Virus record (IMG/VR): IMGVR_UViG_3300032782_000001
Location: 124,001 to 188,000 of that record
Strand: one strand, 5' to 3'
DNA length: 64,000 bases
Both the position numbers and the translations under genes were made by a program. Below the pieces are notes generated by a model, which was given only the letters and a program-made list of their open reading frames with translations, did no database searches and was not told where the DNA came from. The stretch's first letter is position 1; each line of letters begins with the position of its first letter. This document shows, piece after piece, positions 47,328-55,283 of the stretch.

Positions 47328-47378
47328 ATTGAACGCTACTCATCGAAAATTCACTCATCTCCAACGTATTTTACATAT

Positions 47379-48203
47379 ATGTCAAAACGCACTATTTTTG
47401 TAGGAGACGTTCACGGGTGTCTCGAAGAATTGGATGAGCTTCTCCGAATCATTCGGTGCCAATCCGGAGACCGGCTAATTTTCCTTGGAGATCTCATCGA
47501 TCGAGGCCCGGACCCTGTCGGATGTGTTAGGCGCGTCCGTGAACTCCAGTGTGAGTCAGTCCTCGGGAATCATGAGGAGAAAGCTCTGAGATGGCTTCGT
47601 TATGAAGCTGCCCGCGCAGTTTCCGGGACGCCCAACCCCATGAAGGCCCCATGGCCGGACAGGCAGAAGGAATGGGAATCCCTGTCGAGAGACGATGTTG
47701 ACTGGCTGTCTTCCCTTCCCATCCTCATCGAGGTCAATCCGAAATTGGTGGCCGTCCACGCAGGATTAGAACCAGCGTTCCCTTTGGACCGACAAAGGAT
47801 GAATAAGGTCATTCGCGTCCGATATGTGGACTCCAAGGGGAAGATGGTTTCGCTCGGAGAGGATTCAGTTATTCAACCCGCGGGAACCACTTATTGGTCC
47901 AAATCTTGGAAGGGGCCGCAAAGCGTCATCTATGGCCATGCCGTCCATTCTCTTAACTTACCCGTCATGGATACTCCGGGTGGGAGGTGGCCATTCGGTT
48001 TGGAGCCTTCTCTGGAAATGGCGAAGGAAATTTATCAAGAACCGGTTTGCGTCGGGATTGATACTGGATGTGTCTTCGGCGGGTATTTGAGTGCCGTTTA
48101 TGTCGAAGATAGTTCTCCCATCCCCACTACTTTGGCTCGCGTCAAAGCAAAAAGGCAGTATCGGAGTTTACCTCCGGGACTAGAAGTCCCACACTTCGTC
48201 TAA
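47379..48203 (+). CDS. Calcineurin-like metallophosphoesterase (ApaH/PrpE-like)
   Basis: GDVHG, GDLIDRGP, GNHE, HAG, YGH, IDTGCVFGG. Confidence 0.92.
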   Translation: MSKRTIFVGDVHGCLEELDELLRIIRCQSGDRLIFLGDLIDRGPDPVGCVRRVRELQCESVLGNHEEKALRWLRYEAARAVSGTPNPMKAPWPDRQKEWESLSRDDVDWLSSLPILIEVNPKLVAVHAGLEPAFPLDRQRMNKVIRVRYVDSKGKMVSLGEDSVIQPAGTTYWSKSWKGPQSVIYGHAVHSLNLPVMDTPGGRWPFGLEPSLEMAKEIYQEPVCVGIDTGCVFGGYLSAVYVEDSSPIPTTLARVKAKRQYRSLPPGLEVPHFV

Positions 48204-48973
48204 AGCGCGACCGATACTACGCAATCTGCATTGAATTTCAAGCCATTCGTATGAACCGTCCAATCCGGTTCAACGATGGCTGATCCTCCATGACCAAAAT
48301 CTTGAGAAAACGTTCCATTTTCTTCTTCTCCCCACCTATTGGCAATGACAGCAGTACATCGATTGTCTGCCACAAATTCCATCCAGGAAGTAGACGGGAA
48401 GCCGCCTTTACCCCAGTTCACACACATCGCCACTAAATCGACTCGTTTCCCTTCAAAAAGAGGAGGTCCTTTAGTAGCAATCCGAGGAATGTTGTCAGGA
48501 ATTTTGTCTCTGACATCTCGACACACGACAACAGAAACTAAACCTAAATCAGTCTGAACTACGGCAGGAGGTTCTAACCCCGGTTTAGACCAAAGGAAAT
48601 CATTACCCCATAGGTTAATTTTTCGGCAAGTTAGGATCAAACTTCCGTCTGGGGCTGCTATTGACGCAGAATTATGCAGTTTTCCATCTAATAATTCTAC
48701 GAATCCCCAAGATATGTAAGCGTGTAGTTCTACAGCAGCTCGGCGCATATACCTGGCTGTAGGACCTTCTCCGGCTGGTTCTGCTACCCGGATAGCTTCA
48801 TCGGGTCCCATGAAGCTATATCCTGTCATACACAGCTCTGGGAACACGATGAGCTGAGACCCCACCAATCCAGCCGAGTGTAGAAGGTCTTCGCTCCGCC
48901 GGATATTGTCGGCTACATCAGCTTTGCAAAAAGCCATTCGAGGCCGGTATTGAATGGCACTCAAAATGGTCAT
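48200..48973 (-). CDS. Carbon-nitrogen hydrolase (nitrilase family)
   Basis: VFPE, RKINL, VCRD (E-K-C triad). Confidence 0.85.
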   Translation of the reverse strand: MTILSAIQYRPRMAFCKADVADNIRRSEDLLHSAGLVGSQLIVFPELCMTGYSFMGPDEAIRVAEPAGEGPTARYMRRAAVELHAYISWGFVELLDGKLHNSASIAAPDGSLILTCRKINLWGNDFLWSKPGLEPPAVVQTDLGLVSVVVCRDVRDKIPDNIPRIATKGPPLFEGKRVDLVAMCVNWGKGGFPSTSWMEFVADNRCTAVIANRWGEEENGTFSQDFGHGGSAIVEPDWTVHTNGLKFNADCVVSVAL

Positions 48974-48974
48974 A

Positions 48975-49298
48975 CTATTTCCGTTCAATAAAACCGTCGC
49001 GGCCTTCTGCTATCTTCCGGTCTAACTCTGCGTTCTTTTCTCGGAGAACGGCAGTGTGATGGATAATGGACTGCAGAGCTTCTTGGACTTCTCGGAATTT
49101 AGCACTGGCGCCAGGATCACCCGGATGCTTATCCGGATGGTTTCTACTGGAGACCTCTTTAGCTAGTTTCTTAGCTCTATCCAAAGCCTTCTCTGCTGCT
49201 TCTAATCGTTCGCGACGAGTAGGAAGCTTAGCCATAGACTCGATGAGAGCCTTGGGATCCTGACCCAAAGTCCACCAAGCTCTGGCAAGGTCCATCAT
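48975..49298 (-). CDS. Small J-domain protein
   Basis: NHPDKHPGD...KFREVQEA. Confidence 0.7.
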   Translation of the reverse strand: MMDLARAWWTLGQDPKALIESMAKLPTRRERLEAAEKALDRAKKLAKEVSSRNHPDKHPGDPGASAKFREVQEALQSIIHHTAVLREKNAELDRKIAEGRDGFIERK

Positions 49299-49495
49299 AG
49301 AGAAAAACCCTTCAAAGATTTGAGCGCTCGGGTCTTCTTTTTCGATACCTTCCGCCTGATCAGGTAGTTTTCGAGTTCTTCGACAGTGTGCAACTCTCGA
49401 CCATGAGCCTTGAGATAGTCCGATTTAATTTCTCGGAGTTTGTCCGAAAACTCATCAAAAGTCACTGGAATACCATACAAATTTGACTCTTCCAT
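49295..49495 (-). CDS. Small hypothetical protein
   Basis: 66 aa, coupled to J-domain gene. Confidence 0.5.
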   Translation of the reverse strand: MEESNLYGIPVTFDEFSDKLREIKSDYLKAHGRELHTVEELENYLIRRKVSKKKTRALKSLKGFSL

Positions 49496-49508
49496 TGTAA
49501 CGTATGTT

Positions 49509-49742
49509 ATGGGATTGCAGCGAGGTAGGGGTCGTCAAGTCAGAGGCGGGTACGGGACAGATTGGCCCCGACTTTTCCGACGGCTGAACGACGTATATAC
49601 CGCGACTGGTCAAGAACGACCCAAGGCAGTCTTGAACAACCATTCTGACAGGAAAGAGTTCATCTGTCGGAAGTTGGGGGTGGTTTGTGATGCCGATGTA
49701 GATCGCATTGCAAACCAGCTCGGACTGGGACGCAAGTCCTAA
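49509..49742 (+). CDS. Small basic hypothetical protein
   Basis: gTAACGT-N5-ATG. Confidence 0.45.
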   Translation: MGLQRGRGRQVRGGYGTDWPRLFRRLNDVYTATGQERPKAVLNNHSDRKEFICRKLGVVCDADVDRIANQLGLGRKS

Positions 49743-49811
49743 CTTGATCTCAAAAAATTGACGCGTTAAAGTAGCGCTTGTCAGAGCGGAAGACGCGCTA
49801 AGGAGAAACGA

Positions 49812-50468
49812 ATGAAGACGGATACGAAGAAGGCCCCCTCCCCCAAGCAGACTCAGGCGAAGATCGCCTCCCTTCTCAAGGGGATCGACAACTCTGTGGA
49901 GACGATCAATCGTCATCAGAGTACCATCCAGCAGAATGCCAAGGAGGTCAGGAAGCTGGCTGCGGGCCTCTCGGATCAGGCACCGAAGCCCGCAAAGGCG
50001 GCGAAGCCCGCCAAGGCTGCCGCCAAGACTGCCGCCAAGACTGCCGCAAAGGCGGCGAAGCCCGCCAAGCCCGCAAAGGCAGCCGCAAAGGCTGCAGACA
50101 AGCCCGCCAAGGCACCGAAGCCCGCCAAGACTGCCGCAAAGGCACCGAAGCCCGCAAAGGCGGCGTCCAAGGACGACGAGCGCAAGGATCCGGTGGAAGG
50201 ACGGCCCCATCTCAAGGAGGTCCTGAAGGATCTCATCGCCCAGGCGGGTGGAAAGCCTGTGTCTCCGGCGGAATTGTGGCATGCAGCCACCAAGAAGTGG
50301 GGGTACTGGTCCCGTCAGTCTTGCTACAATGCCCTGAAGGATACGAAGGCCTTCACTCTGAAGGGTGATGGGTACGTGAACGTCAAGGGCAATTCGAAGG
50401 TCACCGACAGTGAAGCTGAAGCCTTCGTCCAGAAGGCCTCACAGCCGGAGACGGAAGCCGTTTCCTGA
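49812..50468 (+). CDS. Histone H1-like (PAKAAK repeat) protein with C-terminal winged-helix-like domain
   Basis: K/A/P repeats; SD AGGAG; strong codon bias. Confidence 0.8.
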   Translation: MKTDTKKAPSPKQTQAKIASLLKGIDNSVETINRHQSTIQQNAKEVRKLAAGLSDQAPKPAKAAKPAKAAAKTAAKTAAKAAKPAKPAKAAAKAADKPAKAPKPAKTAAKAPKPAKAASKDDERKDPVEGRPHLKEVLKDLIAQAGGKPVSPAELWHAATKKWGYWSRQSCYNALKDTKAFTLKGDGYVNVKGNSKVTDSEAEAFVQKASQPETEAVS

Positions 50469-50479
50469 ACGGAAGGTAC

Positions 50480-50517
50480 CTTCGGGCCCGGTGTTTCCAG
50501 AAATGCCGGGCCCGAAG
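50480..50517 (+). terminator. Hairpin terminator
   Basis: CTTCGGGCCCGGTGTTT...AAATGCCGGGCCCGAAG. Confidence 0.65.
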
Positions 50518-50530
50518 CGTATTGTAAACC

Positions 50531-50884
50531 ATGACCTGTGCAATGGTTGACGATAAGACCGCGGAAATGATGGCGCTGGAAAGAGCCATCCGAACTTATG
50601 CTATCCGGATTGCTCGGAAATGCTTCCTCGAATGCCAATGCGAGGAAGACCATCCTGTTCTTATTAATGAACGCCATCTAGTGGAAATGGCAAAGTCCAA
50701 ACTCCAGGAAAGACTCCTTGCTAATCGGATGGACCCTTCCAAAATGGCATCTCAGCTTGAAGCCAAGATCCGATATATCGCAAAACTGAGGATTTCTGTC
50801 TTGGCAGATGCGGAAGATATTCGTGATGCCGGGACCTTAGTGCTCGAACGAGAGCACATTGAAGTGTTTCCTCCCATCCATTAA
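50531..50884 (+). CDS. Hypothetical protein
   Basis: gTATTGT-N5-ATG. Confidence 0.55.
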   Translation: MTCAMVDDKTAEMMALERAIRTYAIRIARKCFLECQCEEDHPVLINERHLVEMAKSKLQERLLANRMDPSKMASQLEAKIRYIAKLRISVLADAEDIRDAGTLVLEREHIEVFPPIH

Positions 50885-51492
50885 TGGACATAAAAATTGC
50901 TCAGGCATTAGGTCCCATCAAACTCAGTTTGATGGACACGGCAGTTGTAGCATCTTCTCGCCGCTTGAAAATTTATGGTAATGATGTCCCATGCAAACCT
51001 GGCTGTGCAGGTTGTTGTAGTAGGCTCATTCGTATAACTATGGCAGAAGCCACCATTCTATATGAACACTTAGTCCAGAATGGTGAGTGGACTGAGGTAA
51101 GGAAAGAAGCAAGAGATCAATTTTCATTGGTTAAAGAAGTTGATCCCGTAGCTTGGTTCAAGATGAACCGGTCTTGCCCAGTTTTGAATCCTAAGACACG
51201 TAACTGCCGAGGGTATGCCGTTAGACCGGCTTTTTGTTCTACACATTTTGTCACGTCATCGCCGGACCTATGTGATCCGTGGAATGCTGCTGATGGCATA
51301 TATCAACCAGTAGACATGGATGATCTCATGGAAATTTTCTCCAAGAGAGTTTCCGAGAATGTCGCCGGATACGGTATCTTTGGGCTAGAATTGGCGCTGC
51401 CGGTGGCATTATTACTAGCAGAAAGAATTTCCGTCCAGTCTGGATTGGAATTGGATCAGGCAGTCAAACTCCTATTTCGTGAATTCGCATGA
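50884..51492 (+). CDS. YkgJ-family Cys-cluster protein
   Basis: CKPGCAGCC, CPVL..C..Y..RP..C. Confidence 0.8.
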   Translation: MDIKIAQALGPIKLSLMDTAVVASSRRLKIYGNDVPCKPGCAGCCSRLIRITMAEATILYEHLVQNGEWTEVRKEARDQFSLVKEVDPVAWFKMNRSCPVLNPKTRNCRGYAVRPAFCSTHFVTSSPDLCDPWNAADGIYQPVDMDDLMEIFSKRVSENVAGYGIFGLELALPVALLLAERISVQSGLELDQAVKLLFREFA

Positions 51493-51737
51493 ACCAGGGT
51501 TTATGCGAATATTGTACTCGCAACGGACCTGAAAGGGTCCCTGTTAGCCATGAAGTCTCCAAACCCATTTATGTCTGTGAGACGTGTTGGAAAATGCTCA
51601 AGGAGCAGAAGACAGCCTTACCCCTAATCCGTGGAAATCTCTCTTTGAGACTCCGGGGCAAGATTTCCAAAGAAGCTTTCAAAGAAATGGCAGATAGATT
51701 CTTCCAGGAAATCAGTACCTGGAAACCCCGAAACTAG
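51489..51737 (+). CDS. Small Zn-finger protein
   Basis: CEYC...CETC. Confidence 0.55.
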   Translation: MNQGLCEYCTRNGPERVPVSHEVSKPIYVCETCWKMLKEQKTALPLIRGNLSLRLRGKISKEAFKEMADRFFQEISTWKPRN

Positions 51738-52399
51738 CGGGCTACCGCCATCCCAGCAAGCCAGTTTTTGATCTGGTTGCGCATATCCCTGACAGTCTTG
51801 GTTGAAACCTTGTGGTTATCCCAGGTGAGGGCCTCACGGATAACATCTGGACTCGCACCGCTCCTAGCGGCCCTCACATACCTCGCAAGGTCCCACATCC
51901 CATTTTGACGCATCACGCCTTCGATGTCTTCCAAATGATCATCGAAGAAATCGTCAGTAATTTCTGGGGCAGCGGCTTCCGCAATTTCCAAAATAGAATG
52001 GCCATCTTCGGTATTACAGGGAGAGTCTAAGGAATTCCTCTCTTTGTCATACCGCCGCTTCCGATGGACTAAATTTATGCAGACATTATTTGCCACCATA
52101 TAGATGTAGTGGCCGAAACTGGACTTGCGGGGATCGTGAGCGGATTTCGTGAAATTCTTGTGGATGACCGCCAAGAATACTTCTTGAAGAAGTTCGTCCA
52201 TTGGGACTTCAGGGACTCTGAAATACTTATGGACAATCTTAATGATGTCCGGACGTTTGAATTTAACGTCCACCCCTAAGGGAGTTGATGGGTCATCTGC
52301 AGCGTTCCTGGGCCACGGGAGTCTTTCTGGCGGCCTACGAATAGGATCCGAGTCCAGGTTGACAATCCTTGAACGCCGAATCCCAGAAATAGCAGCCAT
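51734..52399 (-). CDS. Divergent sigma-70 region 2 protein (ECF-like sigma factor)
   Basis: DELLQEVFL...DPRKSSFGHYIYMVANNVCIN. Confidence 0.7.
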   Translation of the reverse strand: MAAISGIRRSRIVNLDSDPIRRPPERLPWPRNAADDPSTPLGVDVKFKRPDIIKIVHKYFRVPEVPMDELLQEVFLAVIHKNFTKSAHDPRKSSFGHYIYMVANNVCINLVHRKRRYDKERNSLDSPCNTEDGHSILEIAEAAAPEITDDFFDDHLEDIEGVMRQNGMWDLARYVRAARSGASPDVIREALTWDNHKVSTKTVRDMRNQIKNWLAGMAVAR

Positions 52400-52532
52400 T
52401 CAGGCACCCTCCAGAATCGTGAAGTCTCATCTCTACCAATTTCCAATGCGGTCGGGATGGAAATTGGTAGAGATCGTGGGATTATATCACGAAGAAACGC
52501 ATTTAACAAGGGCCGTCGGAGCGTATTGTCGT

Positions 52533-52727
52533 ATGATGAGCACCCAAGAAGAGCATATCAGGCGAGTGTTGGAAGCAGTTTCGGCCGGAGTGGATAGGCC
52601 ATCCCTCATCGAAAAAAAGACGTGCCTGGCAGCTCCCCAAGTCGCAGATGCACTTCGTGCATTGCGTAAGAGGAAGCTTGTTGTTTCTGACGCAGGGCGG
52701 TATAAGAGAGCCGCCCATGAAAGCTGA
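52533..52727 (+). CDS. Small winged-helix protein
   Basis: RVLEAV...I...L....V..AL..L....LV...GRY; gTATTGT upstream. Confidence 0.5.
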   Translation: MMSTQEEHIRRVLEAVSAGVDRPSLIEKKTCLAAPQVADALRALRKRKLVVSDAGRYKRAAHES

Positions 52728-53223
52728 TTTTCTCCGAGAATGTATGGCCCCATTCGGGCCAGTTCCTATTGATGATTTCAATAGGGCATTCTGCGTTGTG
52801 TGCGCCAATAGGGAATGTGGTCGGAGTCGATCCAATGCCATGCAGTTTGACCGACGAGCAGTGGAATGGAAGGACCGACTTTTCACCTCAGTCCCTCGTG
52901 CTGCAGACAACGACCCAAGGTATGACACCATTCGAGCCAAAAAGTTCCTTCCAGTGTTGGAGTCATCTACCATCAATACTCCTCCCAGTCCTCCCCGATT
53001 TGAAGTCATATCCCCAAGCCCTCAAGAACCCACTGTCCCACAAATTCAACAGCAGGTAACTGAGGTAAAAATTACCGCTCCTGTTACTTCTGAATCAACT
53101 GAAATCGGAGTCCGGCCAGCTCTCGATAACACTCCCTTCAAACAGGGAACTATGTTGGGCCCGTCCAAAGAAGAAAAGATAATGCAGCCTGGTGGCTCGT
53201 TTACTTTTGACTCAGATGAGTAA
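52717..53223 (+). CDS. Hypothetical protein
   Basis: FCVVCANREC; Pro-rich C-terminus. Confidence 0.55.
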   Translation: MKADFLRECMAPFGPVPIDDFNRAFCVVCANRECGRSRSNAMQFDRRAVEWKDRLFTSVPRAADNDPRYDTIRAKKFLPVLESSTINTPPSPPRFEVISPSPQEPTVPQIQQQVTEVKITAPVTSESTEIGVRPALDNTPFKQGTMLGPSKEEKIMQPGGSFTFDSDE

Positions 53224-54106
53224 CAAACTTTCCCTTCGATCCATTCCTGCGTGGGGTGAAGATCTGTCTGCTTTCCTGAAGGTTTGTAGGAAAGAAGGGG
53301 ATTCCGAATTAGTTCAACAGGTAGAAGAAAAACTCTTGGCGGGATACCTGATGGGTATCCGTACCTTGTTAACAACAGATCACGTCGCTAATAAAGTAGC
53401 GGCAGAATCTTATCCTGCAACATCGGCCGCTCCGGGGCTAATAGATCGATTCTGGCATCTAGCAAAACCCGGTTCTGAAGACATCTTCCAAAAAGCTGTC
53501 GAGATAATTCTGGAAGAATTGGATGCAGCGCGTCTAAAAGAACCGAGTCTGTATTTAGTGAATGTCCAAACTGGAAGGGCAGTTCTACCTTTCAATAAAG
53601 ATACTGTTTTTCAACCTCCGGATTATATTGGAGAGGATGGCCTTGTTCATAAAGCAAGGCCCATTGTTCATCCAGCTTTGACTTCCGCCATGGCATTGGC
53701 ACAGCAAGAAGCCGCGCGCCGGGAAATTGTTCTTAAAAAATCAAAGGATCCTAAATTCAAAAGCGCAGTAGAACATCTCTTGGATCCTGAAGGGATGATC
53801 ACTTCCGCCAAAGAAAGACTTCAAGCTGTCGGGGTCGTTATTGACGACATTCCATCAGATTCAGAACCGCAAGAAGTGGAGTTTGGTAGAGAAGCAATAG
53901 ACGGCATAAACCAAGCTCCGAATTACCAGTTCCATCGCAAGAGTACCTTCAGTGCAATTTTAGCTCAAAAGATTCTGCGTTTATGTGGACCTGGAGGACA
54001 CTGTCATATTGGTCCAATCCGAGAAAGGAAAGGATCTAAACAAAGGTGGTATGCCGTGTCTGTTACTGTTCGAGCTGCTCCGTTGAGCCTTCCTGCGTCA
54101 AAATAA
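53216..54106 (+). CDS. Hypothetical protein
   Basis: About 296-aa ORF coupled to upstream gene. Confidence 0.6.
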   Translation: MSNKLSLRSIPAWGEDLSAFLKVCRKEGDSELVQQVEEKLLAGYLMGIRTLLTTDHVANKVAAESYPATSAAPGLIDRFWHLAKPGSEDIFQKAVEIILEELDAARLKEPSLYLVNVQTGRAVLPFNKDTVFQPPDYIGEDGLVHKARPIVHPALTSAMALAQQEAARREIVLKKSKDPKFKSAVEHLLDPEGMITSAKERLQAVGVVIDDIPSDSEPQEVEFGREAIDGINQAPNYQFHRKSTFSAILAQKILRLCGPGGHCHIGPIRERKGSKQRWYAVSVTVRAAPLSLPASK

Positions 54107-54605
54107 ACGCTAGCACCGTTGCGAGTGCAAATCGGAATTCCGCTACTCCAGCAACGTGTATTGATTCTAGATGATCTAGAACTTTCACCATGGCGTCCAC
54201 TCGACATCTATACTGGAATGTTATATAGGTACCTAAAGGTAGAATTGGAATTACGTCTGACGGATCTTTTAGAATCGGAAAGAATTGTGTAAACAATTCT
54301 AGTACAGATTTCATGGTCTTAGCCAATTGGTTAGTTGCTATTGAAGGAATACCGGAAGAAATTTGAATGACCTCAGGTTTAAACCGGTCTTCTGTTAATT
54401 CTGGAATCCATGCAGCGAACGGAGCCATGACTTCATATTTGTCTATGAGCCCGGCACCCAACAATGCAGGCGTTACAGTTTGCATAAGACAACATGGCAT
54501 TTGAACACGGAGAGATGCCATCCTCTGATGAGGATCATGAGATTGAATTGAGACTTCTCCATATTCGAAAAATCGGGCGTATGGCTCACCGTTGGGGAGA
54601 ATCAT
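54063..54605 (-). CDS. Hypothetical protein, possibly a degenerate ThyX fold
   Basis: Coupled to dcd; ILPLGTYITF segment; no RHR motif. Confidence 0.4.
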   Translation of the reverse strand: MILPNGEPYARFFEYGEVSIQSHDPHQRMASLRVQMPCCLMQTVTPALLGAGLIDKYEVMAPFAAWIPELTEDRFKPEVIQISSGIPSIATNQLAKTMKSVLELFTQFFPILKDPSDVIPILPLGTYITFQYRCRVDAMVKVLDHLESIHVAGVAEFRFALATVLAFILTQEGSTEQLEQ

Positions 54606-55264
54606 GGTTTTTGGAACATTTTCCAGGCCATTGATTCCACTGGGCCAGCCTGAACCCCTCGGTAATTGCCTTTGTTTTGATAAGTCACGACATCCCCGAC
54701 AAGGGTGTGAAACCGAATCTGACAAATTCTCATCCCTGGATAAATGATCGTTGGATGGATCACAACGATTTCTAATGTGTACTGACCATCGAATCCCGGG
54801 TCACCATATCCAGCAGTGACATGAACGAAGATAAAAAGACGGCCAATAGATGACTTGCCGTCCACAATGGGCACAAATTTGTTTGTTTGGATACGTTCTG
54901 CTGTGTGTGCAAGATAACCAATACCGGGCTTTAAAAGGAGCGGTTGCCCGGACTCCAATTCACACTTGATGATTTTATTTGATTTGGACGCGTCCAGTTT
55001 GTTTTCGTAGGCTCGCTCTGAATACGTGGGATCGTAACGGGGCCTTAGGAGATCACCAGCATATCCGTGACATCCTGGTTCAAAACTGCCTGAGACTACA
55101 TTTTCATATACAGCAAATTGATTCCCAAGAGTTAAATCATATGAAGCCGGATTCAGCTTATCTTCATAACTAATCTGTGTAGGATTCCACGGGTCGACAA
55201 TAATATCACCGGCTTCAACAGATTTCTTAATCTCCAATCCAGAGAGGATGCCGCCTTGATACAT
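54602..55264 (-). CDS. dcd: dCTP deaminase
   Basis: NPASYDLTLG, GKSSIGR, TAGYGDPGFDG..TLE, GMRICQ. Confidence 0.92.
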   Translation of the reverse strand: MYQGGILSGLEIKKSVEAGDIIVDPWNPTQISYEDKLNPASYDLTLGNQFAVYENVVSGSFEPGCHGYAGDLLRPRYDPTYSERAYENKLDASKSNKIIKCELESGQPLLLKPGIGYLAHTAERIQTNKFVPIVDGKSSIGRLFIFVHVTAGYGDPGFDGQYTLEIVVIHPTIIYPGMRICQIRFHTLVGDVVTYQNKGNYRGVQAGPVESMAWKMFQKP

Positions 55265-55283
55265 GGAATCTTGACCTATTCTT

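Noticed and set aside
49455-50293. Long antisense and alternate-frame ORFs, and repeats resembling an array
   Set aside because: Shadows of the K/A/P codon repeats of the histone-like gene; no repeat-spacer structure (same for 6958-7170)
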